Below are positions 1 through 8,682 of a DNA stretch of 64,000 nt, one piece after another. Numbering within the stretch: the first letter of the stretch is position 1; each line of letters begins with the position of its first letter. The notes under the pieces are model-generated. The model saw only the letters and a list, made by a program, of their open reading frames with translations. It was not told where the DNA came from and ran no database searches. The DNA lies in NCBI GenBank assembly GCA_946184125.1, contig CAMHEL010000003.1, forward strand, positions 4,489 through 68,488, written 5' to 3'. The translations under genes were made by a program, and so were the position numbers. Source of the DNA: an uncultured Prevotellaceae bacterium (lineage in GTDB: Bacteria; Bacteroidota; Bacteroidia; Bacteroidales; Bacteroidaceae).

Positions 1-608
1 TTGAGGGCATAGACCTGCATTTTCGACAGTGTGAGGTCTTCGCTGCTGCCCTCGATGGTTTCTATTTTCTCGAGTGTGGCAAGCAGTTTGTCGTAGTTGT
101 CGGAATGCTGATAGAGCTGCAGGAGGATGGTGAGCACGTCGGTCCGCCCCGGCGAGATGTCGGCAAGCCGCTCGTAAATGTCGGTGGCCCGCTCGTAGTC
201 GTGGGTGCGGATGTAGGCCTTCCCGAGATGCTCCAGGTAGGTGTTGTTGACAGGGCTGAGGTCGGCAGCGCGCTGCATGCATGCGAGCATGGCGCTGTCG
301 ACCTGCATCTCGGCATAATACGACGAGAGGGCGAAATAGGTCTCCGCCGACATCGGGTTGATGCTGAGGCAGTGCCGGAAGAGGTCGTATGCGGCGGCGT
401 AGTTGCCCACCTGCTGCTGTCTGACGGCCTCGAGATAGAAATAGCTGAACCGCCGTGCGTCGTTGGCGCTGAGCTGCGGCACAGCCACGGGCTGCACGGT
501 TTTGTGCTTCGGTTTCTTCTTGGCCGAGACGCCGAGGCAGAGGGTAAGGGCGAGGAGCACGGCAACGAGCCTCCATGCCATCGTGCCGGTGGGTGATACA
601 CTTCTCAT
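1..608 (-). CDS. TPR-repeat protein with N-terminal signal peptide; 3' end cut by the window edge
   Basis: Absent from the ORF track because it runs off the left edge. My manual translation of the minus strand from the ATG at 608..606 gives MRSVSPTGTMAWRLVAVLLALTLCLGVSAKKKPKHK. This is followed by helical-repeat sequence (NYAAAYDLFRHCLSINP, AETYFALSSYY, ERATDIYERLADISP). The listed ORFs 62..601(-) and 105..596(+) are low-complexity off-frame products. Confidence 0.55.
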   Translation of the reverse strand, partial: MRSVSPTGTMAWRLVAVLLALTLCLGVSAKKKPKHKTVQPVAVPQLSANDARRFSYFYLEAVRQQQVGNYAAAYDLFRHCLSINPMSAETYFALSSYYAEMQVDSAMLACMQRAADLSPVNNTYLEHLGKAYIRTHDYERATDIYERLADISPGRTDVLTILLQLYQHSDNYDKLLATLEKIETIEGSSEDLTLSKMQVYAL

Positions 609-610
609 GG

Positions 611-1048
611 TCATTTCACGCCTGTGTGTCCGTATCCTCCTTCTCCTCTCTCGGTGTCGTCGATTTGCTCCACAGGCACCCATCCGACCACCTCATGCCG
701 TGCCACGACGAGCTGCGCGATGCGGTCGCCATCGCTGACGGTGAAGTCGTCGGCCGAGAGGTTGACCAGAATGACAGCCACCTCGCCACGGTAGTCGGCG
801 TCGATGGTGCCGGGACTGTTGAGCACGGTGATGCCATGCTTGATGGCGAGCCCGCTCCTGGGCCTCACCTGCCCCTCGTAGCCTGCCGGGATGGCGACAT
901 GGAGCCCTGTGGGGAAGAGGTGCCGCTCCATGGGCCGCAGTGTGACCGGACTGTCGATATTTGCTCTCAAGTCCATGCCGGCACTGAGCGGGGTGGCATA
1001 TTGCGGCATGGGATGCCGGCTTTTGTTGATGACTTTTATCTCAATCAT
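611..1048 (-). CDS. dut: dUTP diphosphatase
   Basis: 145 aa. Trimeric dUTPase motifs are present: [38 protein letters not shown]. The stop lies 3 nt before the start of the downstream TPR gene. Confidence 0.93.
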   Translation of the reverse strand: MIEIKVINKSRHPMPQYATPLSAGMDLRANIDSPVTLRPMERHLFPTGLHVAIPAGYEGQVRPRSGLAIKHGITVLNSPGTIDADYRGEVAVILVNLSADDFTVSDGDRIAQLVVARHEVVGWVPVEQIDDTERGEGGYGHTGVK

Positions 1049-1227
1049 ATCATCCTATCACTAATTTTGTTCACCTACTTAGGCTTTTTCGGGAATGAAG
1101 TGCAAAATTAGCGTTTTTTGGCCACATTCCGACATTTTCTCGTTTTTTTCAGCCACAAAATGCATGGTTTTTAGTTTATTTTATGGGTTGGAGGGGGATT
1201 TGGAATGGGAATTGAGATTTTTTTACT

Positions 1228-1235
1228 TAATTTTG
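1228..1235 (+). promoter_or_regulatory. Bacteroidota -7 promoter box TAATTTTG (TAnnTTTG)
   Basis: Exact TAnnTTTG match 45 nt upstream of the ATG at 1280. It lies inside the longer ORF (1205), which argues for the 1280 start. Confidence 0.4.
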
Positions 1236-1279
1236 CAGCCAAAAATCACGCAGACCCACCACACACCACATCACCGACC

Positions 1280-2617
1280 ATGGACTGGACCACATTGATT
1301 TCCACCAAGCGCTTAGGGCAGGAGACGCGCCACGCCACCCGCCACGACGACCGCTCCGAGTTCAAGCGCGACAGCGACCGCCTGCTGTTCTCGGCCCCTT
1401 TCCGCCGTCTTCAGAGCAAGACCCAGGTTTTCCCCCTTCCAGGCAGCGTTTTCGTTCATAACCGCTTGACACACAGTCTGGAAGTGTCGAGTGTAGGCAT
1501 GTCGCTGGGCAACGATGTGAGCCATGCGCTCATCGCCCGGCACCCGGCTCTCCGGGGCACGCTGTCCGAGGAAATCGGCTCCATCGTGTCGGCTGCCTGC
1601 CTGGCACACGACATGGGCAATCCGCCCTTCGGCCATTCCGGCGAGCGCGCCATCCAGAGTTTCTTCACCGAGGGCAGCGGCACGCGCCTTCGCGAACACG
1701 TCGGCGAGGCGTTCTGGAGCGACATCACGCATTTCGAGGGCAATGCCAACGCCTTCCGCCTGCTCACCCACCGGTTCAAGGGCCGCCGCGAGGGGGGATT
1801 CGTACTCACCTACTCCACCCTCGCATCCATCGTGAAATACCCCCACTCCTCCACCATGGCAGGCAAGAAGGGGAAGTTCGGCTTCTTCCACACCGAGGAG
1901 CCCATCTTCAGACGCATCGCCCAGGACCTGGGCCTACGATGCATGGAGGAGACGACGTTGGGCATACGCTATGCCCGGCACCCCCTGGTGTATCTCGTCG
2001 AAGCCGCCGACGACATCTGCTATGAGGTGATGGACATCGAGGATGCCCACAAGCTGAAAATCCTCTCCTACGAGGAGACGGCGCAGTTGCTGCTGGGCTT
2101 CTTCAGCGAGGAGGTGCAACAGCGGATGCTGAAGCGCATCAAGGATGAGCAGATAGATGATGTCAACGAGAAAGTGGTCTATATGCGCGCCTCCGTCATC
2201 GGCCTCCTCGAGCATGAGTGCGCTGAGGCGTTCATGGCCCATGAGGAGGAAATCCTTGCCGGCGAGATGAAGGGAAGCCTGATAGACCACGTGAGCGCCC
2301 CGACGCTGAGCGCCTACCGCCGCTGCACCGAGGTGTCGCGCCGCCGCATCTACAACAGCAAGCCCGTGCTCGACGTGGAACTGTCGGGTTACAAGATTAT
2401 CGACACGCTGATGGACCATTTCACCAATGCGGTGATGGCTCCCAACCGCTATTATTCGCAGCAGCTCATCCAGCGGGTGAGCAGCCAGTACGACATCACG
2501 GCGCCCGACCTGGAGACACGCCTGATGGCCGTCATCGACTATATCAGCGGCATGACCGACATCTTCGCCCTCGATGTCTACCAGAAAATCTGCGGCATCT
2601 CGCTGCCCATCGTGTAG
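1280..2617 (+). CDS. dgt: dGTPase-like deoxynucleoside triphosphate triphosphohydrolase (HD domain)
   Basis: HD-domain signature RLTHSLEVSSVG ... AACLAHDMGNPPFGHSGE, plus the C-terminal DYISGMTD block typical of the Dgt family. Start chosen at MDWTTLIS. Confidence 0.88.
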   Translation: MDWTTLISTKRLGQETRHATRHDDRSEFKRDSDRLLFSAPFRRLQSKTQVFPLPGSVFVHNRLTHSLEVSSVGMSLGNDVSHALIARHPALRGTLSEEIGSIVSAACLAHDMGNPPFGHSGERAIQSFFTEGSGTRLREHVGEAFWSDITHFEGNANAFRLLTHRFKGRREGGFVLTYSTLASIVKYPHSSTMAGKKGKFGFFHTEEPIFRRIAQDLGLRCMEETTLGIRYARHPLVYLVEAADDICYEVMDIEDAHKLKILSYEETAQLLLGFFSEEVQQRMLKRIKDEQIDDVNEKVVYMRASVIGLLEHECAEAFMAHEEEILAGEMKGSLIDHVSAPTLSAYRRCTEVSRRRIYNSKPVLDVELSGYKIIDTLMDHFTNAVMAPNRYYSQQLIQRVSSQYDITAPDLETRLMAVIDYISGMTDIFALDVYQKICGISLPIV

Positions 2618-2696
2618 TGCTGGCAGCGAAAGCCGTAAACCACAGGGAAATCCTATAAAAAAATGGCATTTCTTTGCGCATGTCGGCCATAATGAC

Positions 2697-2704
2697 TAAT
2701 TTTG
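2697..2704 (+). promoter_or_regulatory. -7 promoter box TAATTTTG
   Basis: TAnnTTTG match in an intergenic region, 72 nt upstream of the ATG at 2776. Confidence 0.4.
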
Positions 2705-2775
2705 CACGATTTTGCACAGCGGTGCGACAGCCGCCGGGCATCACTTTCACCTAACAAACGAAACGAAAACTATTT

Positions 2776-3411
2776 ATGACCAAAAACTCCGGATTTCATA
2801 TCGCCGCATGCATCATGGCCTTGTTTGCCATGATGGCATGCAACCCATCCGAGAAAGGGACGAGCCGCATCCACGGCGTGGTGGACAACCCCCAGCTCAA
2901 CGGCAAGCAAATCTTCCTCGTGCCCCTGGAGGACAGTTCGGCAGAAGCCGTCGATTCTGTCTACATCAAGGACGGCAAGTTCGAGTTCGCCACCGACACC
3001 TGCCACATGGCGCAAATCATCATGGACTATCACTTCAGAGACGGCGTGCAGCGGCTGCTCATCGTCACCGAGCCGGGCGACATCGACGTGAGTATAGGTG
3101 CGTCAAGCCATTCGTCGGGCACGCCGGGCAACGACTCCCTCGAGGTGTGGAAGAAAGCCACGGAGAAGCACACCCGCGAGGTGAGCTCCTTCAGACTCGC
3201 CGCCAAGGAGATGGCGAAGACCGACAAGGCGAGGGCCGAACAGCTGCTCGCCAGTGCCGACAGCGTGCACCGCGCCTACCAGCAATACACCCGCCAGATG
3301 GCTGCCTCCATCGGCAAGGGGGCTTTGGCCGACTTCCTCGGAGGCCTCTATCCCACGAGTTACCCCAAGCGCAACGCTGACGGCACCATAGACACCGTCT
3401 ACGTGGAATAA
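2776..3411 (+). CDS. Lipoprotein with a DUF4369-like N-terminal domain and no thioredoxin domain
   Basis: Lipobox FAMMAC. The pattern IHGVVDNPQLNGKQIFLVPL..DSVYIKDGKFEF resembles the N-terminal domain of the TlpA-like protein at 26776..27879. No CxxC motif is present. It ends 11 nt before cassette A. Confidence 0.55.
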   Translation: MTKNSGFHIAACIMALFAMMACNPSEKGTSRIHGVVDNPQLNGKQIFLVPLEDSSAEAVDSVYIKDGKFEFATDTCHMAQIIMDYHFRDGVQRLLIVTEPGDIDVSIGASSHSSGTPGNDSLEVWKKATEKHTREVSSFRLAAKEMAKTDKARAEQLLASADSVHRAYQQYTRQMAASIGKGALADFLGGLYPTSYPKRNADGTIDTVYVE

Positions 3412-3422
3412 TAAGGAGAGCC

Positions 3423-5222
3423 ATGAAGCAGGTGGACAACTACTGGAAATGTGGACTGACACTGGTGCTGGGTGTCGCCGTGGCCTTGTTCTGGTCGATA
3501 CTCTACATGCCCGCCCTCTCTTTCCAAGAGCAATATCAGCTGTTCCTTTACGATGCCGACTACTTCTGCGATACGGTGTCGGTGCCGGGAGGGCTGTCGG
3601 CCTACATCGGCGAGTTCCTCACGCAGTTTTATTTCATCCCCGTCCTGGGGGCCTGCATCATCGCCCTGCTCTACATGCTCCTGCAGGTCATGGTGTGGCA
3701 GCTGGCCAGGCGCAATGGCGCGCAAGACGCCTATTACCCCTTCAGTTTCTTCCCCTCGCTGATGCTATGGGCATACATGGGCGACGAGAACGTGCTGCTG
3801 GCCTTCGTCATCGACCTCCTCGCCGCCGTGACACTCATGCTGCTCTATCATGCGGTGAGCCACGACAAGGCCTTCCCCCAGCGCAAATGGCAGAAGGTGG
3901 CGTTCCTCGTGCTCGCCCTGCCCCTGGGCTACGTGCTGACGGGGCCTTGCGTGCTCATGGTGCCCCTCTATGTCATGCTCTATGAGGCCATCCACGGCCG
4001 CCTGCCCGCAGGGGCCCTGGGCGTGGCGGCGATGCTCTACCTCGTGGCGTTCATCCTGATTGGCGCCCAATGGTGGGCCTATCCCCTCCCCAACCTCTTT
4101 TTCGGTATCGCCGACTACCGCTATCCGGTCTTCTCACCCGGCAACGAACTGCTTCTGGAGCTGTGCACCGCCGTTCTCCCCCTGGTGCTGGGCAAGTTGC
4201 CCGTTACGAAACTGTCCATCCCCGCCGAGGCGCTCATCCTCATCGTGCCCCTCTGCTTCCTTCACCGGTCCTACGACCCCCTGAAATACGAACTCATCGC
4301 CTACGACTTCTACATGAGGACCAGCCAGTGGGACAAGGCCATAGCGAAGGCAGAAGCCAAGCAGCCCACCACCCCCTTCGCCGTGGCGTGCGTCAACCTT
4401 TCGCTGGCCATGAAAGGACAGCTGAGCGACCGTCTCTTCGACTTCTACCAGCACGGGGCGGAGGGGTTGTTCCCCTCGTTCTCGCGCGACATGACCTCGC
4501 CGCTGCCCACCTGCGAGGCGTTCTTCCAACTGGGCATGGTCAACGATGCGGAGCGCTATGCCTTCGAGGCCCAGGAAGCCATCCCCAACCACCGCAAGAG
4601 CGGGCGCCTCACCAAAAGGCTCGCGGAGTGCAACATCATCAACGGGCAGTATGAGGTGGCACGCAAATACCTGCGCCTGCTGGGCAAGACCCTCTTCTAC
4701 CGCAAATGGGCCAAGCAGCAGATGCTGCTCATCGACAACCAACAGGTGGACACCCACCCCACCTACGCCCGGGCAAGGGCTTTCAGGCAGAAGAAGCAGG
4801 ACTTCCTCTTCAGCGACACCGAGATGGACCAGATGCTCGGACTGCTCTTCGTGGAGAACTACGACAACCGCATGGCCTATGAGTACCTCATGTGCTACGA
4901 ACTGCTTCAGGGCGACATGGAGCGGTTCAACGAGTATTACCCCCTGGGCAAGTATGCCAAGTTCGACCACATCCCACTGGCCTACCAGCAAGCACTCGTC
5001 ATGCAGTGGACACAGCAGCACGGCAGCTTCGAGGGGATGCCATGGAGCATCTCACCCGCCACATGCCAGTTGCTCACCCAGTTCGTCGGCATCTATATGA
5101 AAGACCACGACGACCCTGCCCTCAAGTCGCCACCCCTGTCCAACACGTTCTGGGCCTATGCCCTCGTGTCGGGCGAAGTGAAGGAGAAGAAAGAGAAACA
5201 ACCCATGCAAGACATTTACTGA
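3423..5222 (+). CDS. Cassette A1: polytopic membrane protein with a helical C-terminal half (resembles proteins annotated DUF6057; unverified)
   Basis: 599 aa. The first ~290 aa are strongly hydrophobic with multiple TM segments. The invariant block FQEQYQLFL follows TM1. The C-terminal half is soluble and helical (RLAECNIINGQYEVARKYLRLLGKTLFYRKWA). Paralogous to 7027..8682 and 11655..13292. Confidence 0.6.
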   Translation: MKQVDNYWKCGLTLVLGVAVALFWSILYMPALSFQEQYQLFLYDADYFCDTVSVPGGLSAYIGEFLTQFYFIPVLGACIIALLYMLLQVMVWQLARRNGAQDAYYPFSFFPSLMLWAYMGDENVLLAFVIDLLAAVTLMLLYHAVSHDKAFPQRKWQKVAFLVLALPLGYVLTGPCVLMVPLYVMLYEAIHGRLPAGALGVAAMLYLVAFILIGAQWWAYPLPNLFFGIADYRYPVFSPGNELLLELCTAVLPLVLGKLPVTKLSIPAEALILIVPLCFLHRSYDPLKYELIAYDFYMRTSQWDKAIAKAEAKQPTTPFAVACVNLSLAMKGQLSDRLFDFYQHGAEGLFPSFSRDMTSPLPTCEAFFQLGMVNDAERYAFEAQEAIPNHRKSGRLTKRLAECNIINGQYEVARKYLRLLGKTLFYRKWAKQQMLLIDNQQVDTHPTYARARAFRQKKQDFLFSDTEMDQMLGLLFVENYDNRMAYEYLMCYELLQGDMERFNEYYPLGKYAKFDHIPLAYQQALVMQWTQQHGSFEGMPWSISPATCQLLTQFVGIYMKDHDDPALKSPPLSNTFWAYALVSGEVKEKKEKQPMQDIY

Positions 5223-5223
5223 T

Positions 5224-6708
5224 ATGGCCTACCGCTGGAATACCACTTTCTGGAACCTATGGGCGATGGTGTGCCTTCTCGCCTGTGCCGCCTGCACCGC
5301 CACGCCCGACCATCCCACCGCCGTCGATGAGTTGCCGCCCATCTATCCCGACTACACCGGGGTGACCATCCCACAGGGGCTGGCACCACTCAACTTCTCG
5401 CTGGCCAACGGCGAGGAGGGGCGCATCGATGTCGTGGTGAAAGGCGCGAAGGGCGGAGAACTGCATGCCAACGGCACCTTCGCCGACTTCGACGTGGACG
5501 ACTGGCACGCCCTGACCCTTCAGAACAAGGGGAGCAAGCTGACATTCACCGTGTGCATCTGCCGCGACGGGCAGTGGCGCCGCTACCGCGACTTCGACGT
5601 GTGGGTGAGCGACGACGACCTCGAGGAATGGGGACTGACCTACCGCCGCATCCCCCCCGGGTATGAGGTGTATGGCAAGATGGGGCTCTACGAGAGAGAC
5701 CTGTCGAACTTCGACGAGCAGCCCATCATCGAGAACACCGCCATCCCCGGCGCGTGCCTCAACTGCCATGTGTCCAACCGCACCGACCCCACGCAGTTCA
5801 CCTTCCACGTCAGGGGCGACCATGGCGCCACCGTCATCCAGCAGCAGGGCGTGATGGAGGTGCTGCAGTCGCGCAACGACAGCATCGGCGGTTCGCTGGT
5901 CTACCCCTACTGGCATCCCACGGGAAAATACGTCGCCTACTCCACCAACCGCACCAACCAGTCGTTCCATGCCGTGGCGGGCGAGCGCATCGAGGTGTTC
6001 GACCATGCCTCCGACGTGCTGGTCTATTGTCCTGCCACACACGAAATACTCAGCGACTCGGCGCTCGCCACCACCGACCATTTCGAGAACTACCCCGTCT
6101 TCTCGCCCGACGGCAAGACACTCTACTACTGCGCGGCAGAGGCGCGGGAAATCCCCGAGGGCTACAAGGACATCCGCTACAACCTCTGCAAGGTGGCCTT
6201 CGACCCGGAGAAAGGGGCGATAGCAGGCATGCCCGACACCCTCTTCAACGCACGGGCGATGGGCAAGAGCGCCAACCACCCAAGGCCTTCCTACGACGGG
6301 CGCTTCCTGCTCTTCACCATGAGCGACTATGGCTGCTTCCCCATCTGGCACAAGGAGGCCGACCAATGGCTGCTCGACCTGCAGACAGGCGAGGCACGGG
6401 CTCTCGACGAGGTGAACAGCACCGACACCGACAGCTACCACAACTGGAGCACCAACTCGAGATGGATGGTCTTCACCTCACGCCGCAGCAATGGCTACTA
6501 CACCCAGCTGTTCCTCACCCATGTCGACAAGAACGGGCGCATGACAAAGCCCTTCCTCCTGCCGCAGCGCAACCCATGGGAATACTACGACGAGACGCTC
6601 TACTCCTTCAACACGCCCGACTTCACCAAGACCCCCGTGGCACTCGACCGCCGCAAGGCCGCCCAGGCCATCTCTGCTGAGAGCCGCGTTGCCACCAAAG
6701 TGAAGTAG
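5224..6708 (+). CDS. Cassette A2: lipoprotein with a CxNCH motif and a TolB/PD40-like beta-propeller
   Basis: Lipobox LLACAAC. Shared blocks PIYPDYTGVTIPQGLAPLNF and LTYRRIPPGYE. CLNCH at 5755..5769. PD40-like blades FSPDGKTLYY, PSYDGRFLLFTMSDYGCFP and WSTNSRWMVFTSRR. The start is 1 nt after the A1 stop. Confidence 0.6.
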   Translation: MAYRWNTTFWNLWAMVCLLACAACTATPDHPTAVDELPPIYPDYTGVTIPQGLAPLNFSLANGEEGRIDVVVKGAKGGELHANGTFADFDVDDWHALTLQNKGSKLTFTVCICRDGQWRRYRDFDVWVSDDDLEEWGLTYRRIPPGYEVYGKMGLYERDLSNFDEQPIIENTAIPGACLNCHVSNRTDPTQFTFHVRGDHGATVIQQQGVMEVLQSRNDSIGGSLVYPYWHPTGKYVAYSTNRTNQSFHAVAGERIEVFDHASDVLVYCPATHEILSDSALATTDHFENYPVFSPDGKTLYYCAAEAREIPEGYKDIRYNLCKVAFDPEKGAIAGMPDTLFNARAMGKSANHPRPSYDGRFLLFTMSDYGCFPIWHKEADQWLLDLQTGEARALDEVNSTDTDSYHNWSTNSRWMVFTSRRSNGYYTQLFLTHVDKNGRMTKPFLLPQRNPWEYYDETLYSFNTPDFTKTPVALDRRKAAQAISAESRVATKVK

Positions 6709-6717
6709 GCGCTAGGC

Positions 6718-6859
6718 TTTAGACCCTAGACTTTAGACCCTAGACTTTAGACCCTAGACTTTAGACCCTAGACTTTAGACATCTGCTCTGTGCTCATATC
6801 ATTTATCAGCCCTAGACTTTAGACTTTAGACCCTAGACTTTAGACCATAGACTTTAGAC
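6718..6859. repeat. Heptamer tandem array (TTTAGAC/CCTAGAC) in two blocks of 9 and 7 units, split by a 30-bp unique spacer
   Basis: Read directly from the sequence. 6718..6780 holds 9 alternating TTTAGAC/CCTAGAC units. 6781..6810 is unique sequence. 6811..6859 holds 7 units, including one CATAGAC variant. Confidence 0.95.
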
Positions 6860-6930
6860 GCTTGGCTTGAGCCACCGTGGGGCGCGCCGTTAGGCCGCCC
6901 GCCATGAGTTTCGTGAACCAACGAACTAAT

Positions 6931-7025
6931 GTCTAAACTCCTAAACTACTAAACTCCTAAACTCCCACAAAAACTCCTAAACTCCTAAACTCAAAAAAAC
7001 TCCTAAACTCCCACAAAAAAACTCC
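6931..7025. repeat. Octamer array (CTCCTAAA / CTAAACTC) interrupted by CCCACAAAAA(A) elements, abutting the start codon of cassette B
   Basis: Read directly from the sequence. It begins with GTCTAAA, the reverse complement of the upstream TTTAGAC unit. Then come about 8 CTCCTAAA-type units and a roughly 47-bp higher-order duplication (AAACTCCTAAACTCCCACAAAAA, twice). It ends 1 nt before the ATG at 7027. Confidence 0.9.
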
Positions 7026-7026
7026 A

Positions 7027-8682
7027 ATGAATACCCATTTGCCTTTGCGATACGGGAGACTGGCAGCGACGGTGCTGCTCGGTGCCGCCATCATGCTCTT
7101 CTGGTGGCTGGCCTTCCCCCATGCCCTCTCCTATCAAGAGCAATACCAGCTGTTTCTCTGGACGCCCGACTACCTGCTTGATGCCCTGTCCATCCCCGGC
7201 GGCTTCTCAGCATGGCTGGGCGAGATGGTCGTGCAGTTCTATGCCATCCCATGGCTGGGCGCCCTGCTGCTGGGCATCTTGTTCGTCGCGCTGCAATGTG
7301 CCGTGGCGGCAGCGATGCCTCACGGTCAAAGCCGCAAATGGTTTCTGATGAGTTTAGTGCCACCAGTCATGGTGCTGGGACTGATGGGCGATGAGAGCAC
7401 ACTCCTCGCCTACCCCGTCGGTCTGACCCTCACCCTGGCGCTGTATGCCGCCATGAAGGGCAGGCCAAAGCAGGAAGCCACGGCGCCGCCATCCATGCTC
7501 CGGCTGTTCGCCGAACTCCCCATGCTTGCCGTGGCCTACTGGGCCGTGGGACCGCTGATATGGCTGTATGTCGTCCTGGGCGTGCAGGAGAAGGGCTGGC
7601 GATGCTTGGCACTGGCAGCGATGCTGGCTCTGGTGCAGTGGCTGGCCTACACGTTCCTGCTGCCCGAATGGACACTGTATGACATGGCTACCGGACGTGT
7701 GTATTACCGCATCCCCTTGATGTTCCCCACACTGATGTGGGTCATCCCACTCGTCGTGGCAGGCATCGTGCTGCTGTCGCGCATGCGCCATGCCTTGTGG
7801 ATGGTGCCCGTTGAGACCGGCATCGTGGCTGCGGCGGCCTTCCTCGCCGTGGGACAGGGATACGACAAGGATAAATACGAGCTGATACGTCAGGACTATC
7901 TCGTACGCAACGAGCGATGGGACGACATCATCAGTCGGGCGAAAGAATACCAGGTGACAACCGCTTTCAGTTCGGTATGTGTCAATCTTGCCCTCTCGCA
8001 GAAGCGCCAGCTCGCCGACCACATGTTCGACTACTTCCAAAGCGGACCCGACGCGCTCCTCATGCCGATGCGCCGCGACCTCACCTCGATGCTGCCCACT
8101 GCAGAGGTGTTCTGGCGACTTGGCATGGTCAACTCGGCGCAGAGATACATGTTCGACACGCAGGAATCCATCCTCAACGGGAAGAAAAGCGGACGGTGCA
8201 CCAAACGCATCGTGGAGTGCATGATGGTGAACGGGCACTACAAGCCGGCAAGGAAGCATATCGACATGCTCAAAGCCACCCTCTTCTACCGACAATGGGC
8301 AAAGGACGCGGAGGAATGCCTCGGCGACGAGGCCAAAATCGACGCACACCCAGTGTGGGGGAAGATGCGACGGCTCAGATACAAGGAGGATTTCCTGTAC
8401 AACTATCCTGAAATGGACAAGATGCTGGGACTGCTCTTTGTCAACAACCCGGAAAACAAGATGGCTCTCGACTACATGATTGGCCAGCAGCTGCTCAATG
8501 GCGACATCGAGGGCTTCTCGCAGTCGATGCCGCTGGCCCAGCAATATGGCGGATACTACCAGATGCCTCTCGTCTACCAGGACGTGGCCAACTGCATCCG
8601 CACCAACGGCCAGCCCGGCCGCTCGCAGTATATGAACTACATGAACAGAATGAGAAGAGAAAACCATGAGAATGAGAAATAG
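7027..8682 (+). CDS. Cassette B1: polytopic membrane protein, paralogue of A1
   Basis: 551 aa. Blocks SYQEQYQLFL, GDESTLLA and RIVECMMVNGHYKPARKHIDMLKATLFYRQWA align with A1 and C1. Confidence 0.6.
   Translation: MNTHLPLRYGRLAATVLLGAAIMLFWWLAFPHALSYQEQYQLFLWTPDYLLDALSIPGGFSAWLGEMVVQFYAIPWLGALLLGILFVALQCAVAAAMPHGQSRKWFLMSLVPPVMVLGLMGDESTLLAYPVGLTLTLALYAAMKGRPKQEATAPPSMLRLFAELPMLAVAYWAVGPLIWLYVVLGVQEKGWRCLALAAMLALVQWLAYTFLLPEWTLYDMATGRVYYRIPLMFPTLMWVIPLVVAGIVLLSRMRHALWMVPVETGIVAAAAFLAVGQGYDKDKYELIRQDYLVRNERWDDIISRAKEYQVTTAFSSVCVNLALSQKRQLADHMFDYFQSGPDALLMPMRRDLTSMLPTAEVFWRLGMVNSAQRYMFDTQESILNGKKSGRCTKRIVECMMVNGHYKPARKHIDMLKATLFYRQWAKDAEECLGDEAKIDAHPVWGKMRRLRYKEDFLYNYPEMDKMLGLLFVNNPENKMALDYMIGQQLLNGDIEGFSQSMPLAQQYGGYYQMPLVYQDVANCIRTNGQPGRSQYMNYMNRMRRENHENEK

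Noticed and set aside
62-601. ORFs 62..601(-) and 105..596(+) listed in the track
   Set aside because: Their translations are low-complexity (P/S/T/R-rich or G/V/E-rich) with no motifs. A third minus-strand frame gives a clean signal peptide plus TPR-like protein instead.
5257-6441. Long antisense ORFs inside real genes (for example 5257..6441, 7354..8712, 28062..29135, 34134..35174, 43951..44874, 57436..58455)
   Set aside because: These are typical GC-rich antisense open frames, with Ala/Gly/Arg/Val-rich translations and no recognisable domains. Each fully overlaps a gene that has strong motif support on the other strand.
6718-7025. Possible CRISPR array
   Set aside because: The units are only 7-8 bp and directly abut one another, with no spacers of CRISPR size. 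No cas genes lie nearby. These are microsatellite-like arrays, not CRISPR.
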